Shown here one piece after another: positions 9,790-19,642 of a DNA stretch of 64,000 bases. The DNA is from Candidatus Uhrbacteria bacterium. Lineage in GTDB: Bacteria; Patescibacteriota; Patescibacteriia; UBA9934. The stretch is from NCBI GenBank assembly GCA_943354605.1, contig CALRCK010000004.1:23584-87583 (forward strand). The letters run 5' to 3'. How positions within the stretch are numbered: position 1 is the stretch's first letter; each line of letters opens with the position of its first letter. The translations under genes and the position numbers were made by a program. Below the pieces are notes generated by a model. That model worked only from the letters and a program-made list of their open reading frames with translations. It was not told where the DNA came from and did not search any database.

Positions 9790-10031
9790 ATTGTCGCAAA
9801 TAGCGTTCAAAATGCGCATGCACAGCTGGCGAGATGTTTCGTTTTCGCATTTCGCGACTGTCAAGTTGACTTTACACTTCACATGCAAATTTCCCAATGT
9901 TTTTGAATGTCGGATGTCAAGTCAAATTGACACGTACAATAGCGTAAAACACACCAGGCTGCTGACGACATTCTTTGTCCTTCAGGCCCATCCAAGGTTC
10001 AGTCAGATCCTTTTCATTATCATATTTCGAT

Positions 10032-12650
10032 ATGATCCCCAACAATTTCACCAGTAAATCTCAAGAGGCCATCCAAAATGCTCAGGCGTTTTCAGAGGAG
10101 AACGGCCAGCACGGTGTGGAGCCCATCCATCTTCTTGCAGCCCTCACCCGCCAGGAAGGTGGCTTCGTCGTGACGATCTTTCAAAAGATGGCCACAAGCC
10201 TTCCTGCACTCTTGGGCGACGTGGATAGAATGTGCGATGCCTTGCCAAAACACGGCCCAGGCGAACGCGGTGGTGTTGGGCAAATCGTCCTCACCCCTTC
10301 CCTTGCACATGTCCTTGAAAATGCCGCGAAGCGATCAAAACAATTTGGTGACGAATATATTTCCACCGAGCATCTTCTCCTCGGCTTGCTTGTGGATCGG
10401 CCCATCGCCGCAATGCTCGCCGAACACCAGGTAACGGAGGAAGCAATTCTTGCCGCGCTCAAAGAACTCCGTGGCAGCCAACGTGTAGACTCACAAGATC
10501 CAGAAACAAAATACCAAGCCATCGAAAAATACAGCATGAACCTCACGGAGCGTGCTCGTCATGGAAAGCTTGATCCCGTGATTGGTCGCGATGAGGAAAT
10601 TCGGCGTGTGATGCAAGTGCTTTCGCGTCGCACCAAAAACAATCCCGTGCTCATTGGCGAAGCTGGAGTTGGAAAAACCGCAATCGTCGAAGGGCTCGCG
10701 AGCCGCATTGTTGCTGGCGACGTTCCAGAAACACTCAAGAACAAAGAAGTGGTTTCGCTTGATTTGGGATCGCTAATTGCGGGAACAAAATTCCGCGGCG
10801 AATTTGAAGAGCGCTTGAAAGCCGTCATGCGTGAAGTGTCGCAGTCCGACGGAAAATACATCTTGTTCATCGACGAGCTCCATATGCTCGTTGGTGCCGG
10901 CAAAGGCGACGAATCGCCGATGGATGCAAGTAATCTCCTCAAGCCAGCACTCGCTCGCGGCGAGCTGCGCGTGATTGGCGCAACAACCACCAAGGAATAC
11001 CAGCGCCATATTGAAAAAGATCAGGCACTTGAACGTCGGTTCCAGCCACTCATGGTGGAAGAGCCGTCGGTGGACGACGCGATTGCAATTCTTCGCGGCA
11101 TTAAAGAGCGTTACGAAATTCATCATGGCGTCCGCATCTCCGACAACGCGATTGTTGCTGCTGTCACACTTTCTGCACGCTATATTCCCGACCGCCAGTT
11201 GCCAGACAAAGCGATCGATCTCATCGACGAAGCCGCCGCAGGCCTCCGACTACAAATCGATTCCATGCCAGAAGAGCTCGACCGCATGACGCGCGAAGAA
11301 ATGCGTTTACAAATTGAACGCCAAGCACTCCTCAAAGAAGACGACAACGCGTCGAAGGAACGCTTAAAAGAAATAGAAAAGTCAATTGCGGACAGCAAAG
11401 AACGATCATCGGAACTGGCGTTGCGCTGGACGAACGAAAAGAATCTCATCGCGTCGATTCGCGAATTGAAGAGCGACATCGACAAACTTGCGAACGAAGC
11501 GGAGTACGAGGAACGCCGTGGCAACCTTGAACGCGTTGCAGAAATTCGCTACAGCGAGCTCCCCCAAAAGCGCGAGGAACTTTCTCAACGCGAAACAGAA
11601 CTGAAGCAATTCCAAACCGAACGCGGCCTACTGAAAGAAGTCATTTCCGAGGAAGACATCGCCACTGTTGTTGGCCGATGGACGCACATTCCGGTGTCGA
11701 AGATGCTCGAAAGCGACATGCAGAAACTTGCACGCATGGAAGACGAATTGCGCAAACATGTTGTTGGCCAAGACGAAGCCATCACCGCCGTCAGCAATGC
11801 GCTCCGCCGATCCCGCGCAGGATTATCGGAAGAGAAGCGCCCGATTGGCTCCTTCATTTTCCTCGGCCCAACCGGCGTAGGAAAAACCGAGCTTGCGCGA
11901 GCGCTCGCCACGTTCATGTTCAACGACGAGAAAGCCCTCGTCCGCTTGGACATGAGTGAGTACATGGAAAAGCACAGCGTGAGCAAAATGATCGGGTCTC
12001 CGCCGGGCTACATTGGCTACGAAGAAGGCGGTCAGCTTTCGGAAAAAATCCGCAAGCATCCATACTCCGTGGTGCTTCTCGACGAAATTGAGAAAGCACA
12101 CCCCGACGTCTTCAACATGCTGTTGCAGATTCTTGACGATGGAAGGCTAACGGACGCGAAGGGCCGCACCGTGAACTTCAAGAACACCATCATCATCATG
12201 ACGAGCAACATCGGGAGTGATGTCATCCTCAATAGCGGAAGAAAAATTGGCTTTGTGGAAGACGGCGACGCAAAGGCCGACGCAACACGCGAAAAGGTTC
12301 TCGATTTGCTTCGTGATCATTTCCGCCCAGAATTCTTGAACCGCATCGACGAAACCATCGTGTTCCACGCACTCGCCAAAGAGCACATCGCTGCGATTGT
12401 CGACCTTCAGTTGGCACTCGTCACCAACCGTCTCAAGGACGCCCGAAATATTGCGGTACAATTCACCGCACGCGCTAAGAAATACGTCGCGGAACACGGC
12501 TACGACCCGCTCTACGGTGCACGACCACTCAAGCGCGTCATTCAATCAAAGATTCTCGACCCTCTCGCGCTCGAAATCGTGAAGGGATCGGTTGCAGTCG
12601 ATTCTTCGGTGACTGTCGATGTGAAAAAAGATGAAATTGTGTTTGGATAA
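10032..12650 (+). CDS. clpB: Chaperone ClpB (AAA+ disaggregase)
   Basis: N-domain, two Walker A motifs (GEAGVGKT; GPTGVGKT), and a long coiled-coil middle domain between the AAA modules. Start placed at MIPNNF (ATG 10032). Confidence 0.9.
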   Translation: MIPNNFTSKSQEAIQNAQAFSEENGQHGVEPIHLLAALTRQEGGFVVTIFQKMATSLPALLGDVDRMCDALPKHGPGERGGVGQIVLTPSLAHVLENAAKRSKQFGDEYISTEHLLLGLLVDRPIAAMLAEHQVTEEAILAALKELRGSQRVDSQDPETKYQAIEKYSMNLTERARHGKLDPVIGRDEEIRRVMQVLSRRTKNNPVLIGEAGVGKTAIVEGLASRIVAGDVPETLKNKEVVSLDLGSLIAGTKFRGEFEERLKAVMREVSQSDGKYILFIDELHMLVGAGKGDESPMDASNLLKPALARGELRVIGATTTKEYQRHIEKDQALERRFQPLMVEEPSVDDAIAILRGIKERYEIHHGVRISDNAIVAAVTLSARYIPDRQLPDKAIDLIDEAAAGLRLQIDSMPEELDRMTREEMRLQIERQALLKEDDNASKERLKEIEKSIADSKERSSELALRWTNEKNLIASIRELKSDIDKLANEAEYEERRGNLERVAEIRYSELPQKREELSQRETELKQFQTERGLLKEVISEEDIATVVGRWTHIPVSKMLESDMQKLARMEDELRKHVVGQDEAITAVSNALRRSRAGLSEEKRPIGSFIFLGPTGVGKTELARALATFMFNDEKALVRLDMSEYMEKHSVSKMIGSPPGYIGYEEGGQLSEKIRKHPYSVVLLDEIEKAHPDVFNMLLQILDDGRLTDAKGRTVNFKNTIIIMTSNIGSDVILNSGRKIGFVEDGDAKADATREKVLDLLRDHFRPEFLNRIDETIVFHALAKEHIAAIVDLQLALVTNRLKDARNIAVQFTARAKKYVAEHGYDPLYGARPLKRVIQSKILDPLALEIVKGSVAVDSSVTVDVKKDEIVFG

Positions 12651-12652
12651 CT

Positions 12653-13345
12653 ATGCGAAAACAGCCGGCGCATCTTCGAGCACTGAACGTCGTAAGCATT
12701 CTTGTCTTCGCAGTCTACTTCGTGATCATCTCCGCGGAAGTGATTCAGCTTTGGAGTGTTCTTGGCGCTTGGGGTGTGCTGTGCTCCGCAGTGGCAGGAT
12801 ATATTCTTGCGGACTTCCTCTCGGGATTCGTCCATTTCCTCGGCGACACCTTTGGCAGCCCAACCACGCCAATCATCGGCCCGGCATTCGTCTTCCCGTT
12901 TCGTGAACACCATATCGAGCCTGAAGCAATTACGCATCACGACTTTATCGAAACAAACGGCCACAACTGCCTTGTCTCGATCCCCGTCATGATGATCATG
13001 GCACACGTGCTCTTCAAATACGCGGTCGTGTCGGCGACAGCTGGATTTGCGTTTGCAACATCGTACTTCCTCATTTTTGGCGTGCTTCTTACAAACCAAT
13101 TCCACAAATGGGCCCACATGAAGCGTGCGCCAGCACCAATTCGTTTTCTCCAACGCACTCGCATTATTCTCTCCCCAGCGCATCACAAGATTCACCACAC
13201 CTCCCCCTACACCCGCTACTTCTGCATCACCACCGGCTGGCTGAACTTTACCCTCGACCGTCTGTTCTTCTTCCCCATTGCCAAATTCACGATCCGCCGT
13301 ATTCCGTTCATGCTCAAGACTGCGGAGGAGTATACGGATCGCTAA
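12653..13345 (+). CDS. CarF/PEDS1 (TMEM189)-type membrane lipid desaturase-like protein
   Basis: Polytopic membrane protein with histidine boxes (EHHIEPEAITHHDF; QFHKWAH; HHKIHHTSPYTRYFCITTGWLN). I recall the last block matching the PEDS1/TMEM189 family signature, from memory only. Confidence 0.5.
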   Translation: MRKQPAHLRALNVVSILVFAVYFVIISAEVIQLWSVLGAWGVLCSAVAGYILADFLSGFVHFLGDTFGSPTTPIIGPAFVFPFREHHIEPEAITHHDFIETNGHNCLVSIPVMMIMAHVLFKYAVVSATAGFAFATSYFLIFGVLLTNQFHKWAHMKRAPAPIRFLQRTRIILSPAHHKIHHTSPYTRYFCITTGWLNFTLDRLFFFPIAKFTIRRIPFMLKTAEEYTDR

Positions 13346-13373
13346 ACCTTCATTTCCTTCATCTTCTGGGGAT

Positions 13374-13401
13374 TGACTTTTTTGATATTTTGGCTTAGAT
13401 T
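13374..13401 (+). promoter_or_regulatory. Putative promoter (TTGACT-N16-TAGATT) for the high-GC island gene
   Basis: Sequence match only. Confidence 0.35.
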
Positions 13402-13460
13402 AGCACCTCCCCGGTAACTCTACCTGGGATTCAAGCCACGCCAACTTCCTTGAGGGCTCA

Positions 13461-14933
13461 ATGCTTCTACTCCTTTCCGCCTGCACCGTTCAGAACATCT
13501 ACCCCACCACCACGATCATCTACGACGTGGGCTCCCCCGACACCGAGACCGTTCCCGGCGACAACACGGACACCGGCGACGAGAACCTCGACGCGGGTGC
13601 TCCGAACACCACCGTGGACAACGGCAACCTGGCCGTGGACGTATTCGGCACGGACGGCAACGAGTACTGGCTCTCCGTCGGCAGCGACCAGCTCGCTGAT
13701 GCCAATCTCAACTGGCAGAATAGCTGGGCGTACGGTGGGTACTACTACTCCATCGGCGACTCGGACACCTACGCCAACGATCTCGTGGTGGTAGACGTCA
13801 CGAGCGGCGATGCGGCCAGCTTCGGCAAGGTGCAGTTCTCCGTCGTCGGACAGTCCACCGGGGCCACCTGGGACGCGAACAGCATCCCGGACATCTCCGT
13901 GGACACCGACGAATACCAGGACGACCTCACCGTGAACGGGGTAGAACACCTCCGCTTCAACAACGGCCAGGTAAGCAGCATCTTCCGCGAGTCCATCGCG
14001 CTCGAGGTGTTTCGCAACTGGGGCTACCCCGCCCCGCGGACGAGCTTCGCGTGGCTGTCGAGCAACGTATGGGGCGAAGGCGTCCACGTGCCGTACACGG
14101 TGGTGGAACGCTACCGGGACCAGTGGTGCACGGACCATGCGGACCAGTTGGGCGGAGGCTGCGCGAACGCCTGGGAGGGATGGGGCGACTTCAGCAAGAA
14201 CTACGGCTGGGGGTACTCCATCGCGGAACAGTGCGAAGGCAAGACGTGCGGCAACACGCGCATGGACGAATTCGTGGACCTCCTCGACGTCACGCCCATG
14301 GGCGACGGCTTCGAAGCGGCCACCGCGGACTACCTCGACTGGCCGATGATCCAGGAGCACATGTGCGCAGATTGGATCCTGTGGATCGGGGACGACCCGT
14401 TCCACAACTCCAACAACCTGTACGTTGTGCAGGGGCTGGACGACAAGTTCCGCTTCCTGCCGTACTCCACGGACATCTCCGGCGGACAGACGTGGTACCA
14501 GAACACGTCGCTCTACCCGGGTACCAGCCAGATCGCCATGGGCTGCGCGTACGACGCCGCATGCTGGGAAGAGACGATCAATACCTGCCAGGTGATGATC
14601 GACGAATTCCAGGCCATGCAGCCGGCGAACATCGTCACGAACACCTACGAGCGGCTCGCCGCCCAAGGGATGCTCCGCGACGGTGACGACGCAACGTACG
14701 CGGAACTGCTCGACTGGTACACGACGCGCTCCACCGAGGGAACCCTCGAATCGGAGCTCGACACGTACCGCGAGGCGTGGACCGTGGGCGGATGCGCCGA
14801 CACCGGCATGGTGGTGATGGGCGGTGGCGGCTTCGACACCGGCAACCCCTGCGCCATCGTAGACACGGGCATCGGCAACGACACCGCAGCTCCCCCAGCC
14901 GACGACACGGCCACGGCAGACACGGGAGCGTAG
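13461..14933 (+). CDS. CotH-like secreted lipoprotein (high-GC island 1)
   Basis: Lipobox LLLSAC. Blocks resembling the CotH family (FRNWGYPAPRTSFAWLSSNVWGEGVHVPYTVVERYRD; DKFRFLPYSTDISGG). GC is about 65% with very high GC3, versus about 52% in flanking genes. Confidence 0.45.
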   Translation: MLLLLSACTVQNIYPTTTIIYDVGSPDTETVPGDNTDTGDENLDAGAPNTTVDNGNLAVDVFGTDGNEYWLSVGSDQLADANLNWQNSWAYGGYYYSIGDSDTYANDLVVVDVTSGDAASFGKVQFSVVGQSTGATWDANSIPDISVDTDEYQDDLTVNGVEHLRFNNGQVSSIFRESIALEVFRNWGYPAPRTSFAWLSSNVWGEGVHVPYTVVERYRDQWCTDHADQLGGGCANAWEGWGDFSKNYGWGYSIAEQCEGKTCGNTRMDEFVDLLDVTPMGDGFEAATADYLDWPMIQEHMCADWILWIGDDPFHNSNNLYVVQGLDDKFRFLPYSTDISGGQTWYQNTSLYPGTSQIAMGCAYDAACWEETINTCQVMIDEFQAMQPANIVTNTYERLAAQGMLRDGDDATYAELLDWYTTRSTEGTLESELDTYREAWTVGGCADTGMVVMGGGGFDTGNPCAIVDTGIGNDTAAPPADDTATADTGA

Positions 14934-14961
14934 TCTCCCACGGGCCTTCAGGCCACAACGC

Positions 14962-15000
14962 GAACGGCGCCCTCGAGAGAAGGCGCCGTTCATGCTTTTC
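14962..15000. terminator. Rho-independent terminator (bidirectional; also serves the convergent ppa)
   Basis: gaacggcgcc-ctcgagagaa-ggcgccgttc 10-bp stem followed by atgcttttcg. Confidence 0.6.
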
Positions 15001-15008
15001 GAAAATTG

Positions 15009-15596
15009 TTACGCGACGATCTTTGGAAGAATTTCCTTCTGATATCGCTCGGCACACTCGACGATGATCTTTACCGCCTCATCAGCGTCGAAGAATCCGA
15101 GCACTTTGCATGTTCCCGGCTTCTTCAGATGTTTGTAAAATTCGAAGTAGTGCGCAGTTTCCTTTGCCCAGTGCTCGCCAAGATCTGTGTAGGACGTAAT
15201 GTGGTCCACGCGCTTGTCGTCGGCCAACACACAAATAATCTTGTCATCAATCTCTCCCCCGTCCTCAAACTTCATAATGCCAATGACGCGAACTTCTGCG
15301 AGCGATCCTGGAACGAGCGGCTCAGTGACGTTCGCCACGAGAATATCCAACATGTCGTTGTCCTGGTCCCATGTCTGCGGAATCAATCCGTACACGGTTG
15401 GATACGCCAACGTGGAATATCCCACGCGGTCGAGCTTGAGATGACCAGTCTCCGTGATGAACTCGTACTTGTTGATGCTGCCGGCGTTGATTTCAATCAA
15501 CCCGTTCAACACGCGCTTTTCCTCATTTGCCCATGGGGAAAGCAAGTGAAGTAAATTTGGCATGAACTTCTGAATAGGAACATCGAGATTTGCCAT
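15009..15596 (-). CDS. ppa: Inorganic pyrophosphatase (family I)
   Basis: 195 aa. Asp-rich active-site blocks (EINAGSINKYEF; DILVANV; ICVLADD). Confidence 0.85.
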   Translation of the reverse strand: MANLDVPIQKFMPNLLHLLSPWANEEKRVLNGLIEINAGSINKYEFITETGHLKLDRVGYSTLAYPTVYGLIPQTWDQDNDMLDILVANVTEPLVPGSLAEVRVIGIMKFEDGGEIDDKIICVLADDKRVDHITSYTDLGEHWAKETAHYFEFYKHLKKPGTCKVLGFFDADEAVKIIVECAERYQKEILPKIVA

Positions 15597-15691
15597 ACGT
15601 TTCTTTCAAAAATAAGACTGAACAACGAGGAAATGATGCGTCCCCAGGCCAACCGTGTCAACCAAAGCCTTTTTGGATATACTGGAATCAT

Positions 15692-17065
15692 ATGCAGCAT
15701 CGTTCTCAACGGTTCGCAATTCTTGCCGCTCTTACCGCACTTCTTCTCCCTTCCACCTCTTTCGCGTTCGATCCAAACTATATCCTTTCCGACGAGGAGA
15801 TGACAGATTCGCAGTCCATGGATCTTAATCAGATTCAGGCATTCCTTGAACGCGGAACACTCTCCACATACAAATCGCCTGACTGGGAAGGTCGCACACG
15901 CTACGCTGCCGACATCATTTGGCGCACTGCACAAGAACACGACATCAATCCACGATTCCTTCTCGTCCTCCTGCAAAAAGAACAGAGTCTTGTTGAGGAT
16001 CCAGATCCAACACAAAAACAATACGACTGGGCAACCGGTTATGCGGTCTGCGACACCTGTTCCATGAACGACGGCTCACTGTCGCGTTGGCAAGGCTTTG
16101 GAAAGCAAGTGAATTCTGCAGCGATGCAATTTACCGAAGGCTACATGGTCGATATCGCTGAGCATGGAGTGACGGCTGGAAAGTACGGGCCAGATCTTCC
16201 CGTGACCATCGACGGTACAACGGTTACTCCGGAAAACGCCGCAACCGCCGCAATGTACGCATACACACCACACCTTCATGGCAACAGCAACTTCGTCGCC
16301 ATTTGGGACCGATGGTTTGGAAAAGAATATCCAAGCGGCACATTGCTTCAGGCCGCAGGAGAAGACGGCGTGTATCGCATTGAGCATGGCTACCGACGGC
16401 CAATCACCAGCAAAGCCGCGCTCACGTCGCGATACAACAGCGCGCTGATCATTACGGTTTCAAAAACAACGCTCGAGCAATATCCCGAAGGCGCGCCAAT
16501 TTCATTGCCAAATTATTCGCTCGTGAAAGACGAAGACGGGAATATTTATCTTCTCGTGGACGACACCATGCGCCACGTGGAATCCATGGAAGCCTTCCGT
16601 CAGATTGGATATTCCGAGGACGAGCTCGTGGACATTACTGCAGCTGAAGTTGCGCAGTACGCGGTTGGCACGCCTATCACCGCATCCACGCAAGATCCAA
16701 CGGGCAAAGTCGTAAAGCTTACCACGAACGGCGCAATGTTTTATTTGAACAACGGCGTTCGCCAGGCGATTCTCGACCCAGCGATTCTCACGGCAAACTT
16801 CCCAACGGCAACCGTCGAAGATGCTGCGCCAGTGGTCATTGAGCAATACCGAGAAGGATCGTTCTTGAAGCTTCCGGACGGAACCCTCGTCCGTTCATAC
16901 GAAAATCCTGCGGTGTATGTTATTTCCGACGGCAAGAAACTCCCAATCACCAGCGAACAGATCTTCCTCGATTACGGATACGCCTGGAGCAACGTCGTCT
17001 TTGTGAACGACGACGTGTTAAATCTTCACCCAACCGGCGACAGCCTTCTCGAATCTAATACTTAA
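15692..17065 (+). CDS. Secreted protein with four tandem roughly 60-aa C-terminal repeats
   Basis: Signal peptide (MQHRSQRFAILAALTALLLPSTSFA). Four repeats share ..Y.i..G.rrpI.s...f...GY....v..v....L...P.G..., beginning GVYRIEHGYRRPITS, NIYLLVDDTMRHVES, AMFYLNNGVRQAILD and AVYVISDGKKLPITS. Confidence 0.55.
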   Translation: MQHRSQRFAILAALTALLLPSTSFAFDPNYILSDEEMTDSQSMDLNQIQAFLERGTLSTYKSPDWEGRTRYAADIIWRTAQEHDINPRFLLVLLQKEQSLVEDPDPTQKQYDWATGYAVCDTCSMNDGSLSRWQGFGKQVNSAAMQFTEGYMVDIAEHGVTAGKYGPDLPVTIDGTTVTPENAATAAMYAYTPHLHGNSNFVAIWDRWFGKEYPSGTLLQAAGEDGVYRIEHGYRRPITSKAALTSRYNSALIITVSKTTLEQYPEGAPISLPNYSLVKDEDGNIYLLVDDTMRHVESMEAFRQIGYSEDELVDITAAEVAQYAVGTPITASTQDPTGKVVKLTTNGAMFYLNNGVRQAILDPAILTANFPTATVEDAAPVVIEQYREGSFLKLPDGTLVRSYENPAVYVISDGKKLPITSEQIFLDYGYAWSNVVFVNDDVLNLHPTGDSLLESNT

Positions 17066-17086
17066 CTGAAAACATTTTCAAAAACT

Positions 17087-17878
17087 ATGATCGTCTTTGT
17101 CGGGATCACCCCATGCTCGCCACTCATGCTTCCGTCGGTGAATCCTGAACGCGTTGGGCTCATCGAAAAAACGCGAAACGCGATGCACGAGCTTTCTGAA
17201 GAACTCTTTGCAACACATCCCGACACCATCGTGATTTTTTGCCAACATTCCGCCACGCCACAAGATGCATTCGCAATGAACGTTGCCGATCCGTACATTG
17301 CAACACTCGCCGCATTCGGCGACCTCGGGTATACGCAGATGTATCATCCCGACTTCATGCTTGCCGACAAAGCGCAACGCGAACTTCGCAAAAGCGGCAT
17401 TTCCGTCACACTTGTCACGGAGTCTGATCTGCCATTTGGCGCAACAGTGCCGCTTGACTTTTTGCGTGAGCATCTTCCAAATGTTCACATTCTTCCCATT
17501 GCTCCGTGCGGTTTAACCGCTAAAGAGCACTTCGATTTTGGCGCAGCGCTGCGCAACATCCTTGTGGAAAGCCCAAAGCGCATTGCCGTCATCGCCTCCG
17601 GTGATTGTTCACACACCCGCTCTGCGGATGCGCCAGGCGGACTACACGAAGAAGGCAAGCGGTCTGACGATTTACTCGAAACGCTCATTGCACAAAAAAA
17701 TACCGCTGGTTTGCTCCAGTTCGACGAGAACCTTCTCAAGGCCGGACAAGACGCGGCATACAAACAAATTGTCATGCTTTTTGGTGCGCTTGATGGCATG
17801 CCAGCAGAAAGTCGCATCCTCTCCCACGAAGCACCATTTGGCGTTGGCGAAATCGTTGCCGAGCTTGTTCTCAACTAA
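17087..17878 (+). CDS. Memo/AmmeMemoRadiSam-system protein B-like (class III extradiol dioxygenase fold)
   Basis: 263 aa with an IASGDCSH block and an overall Memo1-like pattern. Family call is tentative. Confidence 0.4.
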   Translation: MIVFVGITPCSPLMLPSVNPERVGLIEKTRNAMHELSEELFATHPDTIVIFCQHSATPQDAFAMNVADPYIATLAAFGDLGYTQMYHPDFMLADKAQRELRKSGISVTLVTESDLPFGATVPLDFLREHLPNVHILPIAPCGLTAKEHFDFGAALRNILVESPKRIAVIASGDCSHTRSADAPGGLHEEGKRSDDLLETLIAQKNTAGLLQFDENLLKAGQDAAYKQIVMLFGALDGMPAESRILSHEAPFGVGEIVAELVLN

Positions 17879-17881
17879 TCT

Positions 17882-19630
17882 GTGTACGCGAAAGTTTTCC
17901 CTATTCTGCGACTCCCTCGTCGCTTCACTGTTTTCGATTACGCCATTCCTGACGGCATGTCGGTGAAGGTTGGTGATGTCATTCGCATCCCGTTCCGTCA
18001 TCGCACGGTGCTCGGTGTGGTGAAAGCGATATCGGATTCATCGAATGAGGAGCGAGTGATCGATATCGCGAGCGGCTCGATCGGCTTCACAATCCCCGAG
18101 ATCGATCTTGCACGCGTCGAAACGATTGCGTCGGAACTCGGACAATCCGTCTCATCGATTCTGAACGTGGCGTACGAAGGATTGAATGCGTATCCAAATC
18201 GAGACGATGCAGCGCGTCGCCTGTACAATTCGAAATCGACCTCGCCACGAATCGATCAGGAAACCATTACGAACGTGCACGCCGTCATCGACCGCCTGAA
18301 GACCGACCGCGCAATCTCGCACGCGTGCGACAGCCAAACCTTTTGCGTTCTTGCACACGCCGTTTGCAAAACCACACCGAATCAAGTAGTCATTCTCGTT
18401 CCCCGCGAACGTGACGCACGATTCGTCGCAGGAATGCTTTCGCAATTTGCACCATCAATTCTTACTGGAAAAATTCCGTCGCGCGATCGGAATCGTATTC
18501 TCCGATCGTGGCAGAGTGGCGATACTCGCGTGCTCATCGGAACTCGGCAGAGCGTCCTTATCGCTCCACAATCACTCGGAGCGGTTCTTGTGTATCAATC
18601 CGGGTGCGAGGATTATGGAAGTCCATTGCGCAACCCACACATCGATGCCGTTCGCGTTGCGGAGGCCCTCGCAAAATCCGCAGGATCGATCTTCGTTTCC
18701 GCCGATGTGTTCCCCGCTCCGTCGGCAACGCTTTCCCTTCTTGTCGCGAACGACGGGGCCGATGTCGCGCTCATCGATGTGGCGCATAAAGGCGAAAATT
18801 CCCCGTACCCGCTCATCAGCCAAACGCTCCTGGAGAGCATAAAATTGGCTTTACAGAGCCAAAAAAAGGTGCTACTATCGTTTAACCGAAAGGGCGTAGC
18901 AAAGCGCATGGAGTGCAGGGCCTGTGGCCACGTTCCGTTCTGTGGAACGTGCGGCAGCCTGCCCATGGTTCGTCTCGATGATCTGCTGTGCACCGCGTGT
19001 GGGACAGAGATGTGGAGGCCAACCACGTGCCCCGCATGCGGCTCCCCAAAGATCGGACTAAAGTCTATCGGCGGCGCAAAGATCGCAGACGATTTGCACA
19101 AAGCGTTTCCGGAAGTGACGATTGGTCATATTCAAAAAGGTCAGATTGATCGTGGCGTGGACATCGTGCTCGCAACTGAATTTTTCTTCTCGAGCGTCAT
19201 CGAACCATTCGCCGCATACAGCTTTGGCGTTATTGCGGAGATTCTCGGCGATCTCGCATTTACTCCCGGCGATTATCGCGGTGCAGAAATGACCGCACGG
19301 AAAATCGCACGACTTCGCCATCTCGCTTCTCGTGAAAACGCCGAGTGCATCGTCCAAACGCTTACACGCGATCGACTGCAATCGCTCCTCGGCGCCGAGT
19401 ACGTGAACTGTGTGGAACGTGAGGCGCGAAAGAAATATTCCCTTCCTCCATTCGGCGTCGTTGTCGAATTCGAAGGCGCAACGCGCGAATCCCTTCCAGC
19501 CGATATCACAACACGCATCGTTGATCGCGGAGAGAAGCTTGTTGCGAAAATCGACCGTGAAACATTCATCGTTTGGCAAAAACTCTTTCCCACAATCCCC
19601 GATTCGATTAAGATACGGATAAGCCAGTAG
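17882..19630 (+). CDS. priA: Primosomal protein N' (PriA)-like, with degenerate helicase motifs
   Basis: PriA-like N-terminus (RFTVFDYAIPDGMSVKVGDVIRIPFRHRTVLGVV) and Cys-rich zinc-binding region (CRACGHVPFCGTCGS...CTACG...CPACGS). No Walker A motif. The DEEH box is replaced by YQSGCED. Confidence 0.65.
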   Translation: MYAKVFPILRLPRRFTVFDYAIPDGMSVKVGDVIRIPFRHRTVLGVVKAISDSSNEERVIDIASGSIGFTIPEIDLARVETIASELGQSVSSILNVAYEGLNAYPNRDDAARRLYNSKSTSPRIDQETITNVHAVIDRLKTDRAISHACDSQTFCVLAHAVCKTTPNQVVILVPRERDARFVAGMLSQFAPSILTGKIPSRDRNRILRSWQSGDTRVLIGTRQSVLIAPQSLGAVLVYQSGCEDYGSPLRNPHIDAVRVAEALAKSAGSIFVSADVFPAPSATLSLLVANDGADVALIDVAHKGENSPYPLISQTLLESIKLALQSQKKVLLSFNRKGVAKRMECRACGHVPFCGTCGSLPMVRLDDLLCTACGTEMWRPTTCPACGSPKIGLKSIGGAKIADDLHKAFPEVTIGHIQKGQIDRGVDIVLATEFFFSSVIEPFAAYSFGVIAEILGDLAFTPGDYRGAEMTARKIARLRHLASRENAECIVQTLTRDRLQSLLGAEYVNCVEREARKKYSLPPFGVVVEFEGATRESLPADITTRIVDRGEKLVAKIDRETFIVWQKLFPTIPDSIKIRISQ

Positions 19631-19642
19631 TCGCAAATGTTC

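Noticed and set aside
13467-14993. 508-aa minus-strand ORF, plus several Arg/Pro-rich + strand ORFs (14051-14686, 14777-15067 and others), covering the high-GC island
   Set aside because: They are antisense or off-frame to the CotH-like gene. GC-rich DNA gives long stop-free frames. The translations are Arg/Ala/Val/Gly-rich low-complexity. The sense frame has a lipobox, extreme GC3 and family motifs.
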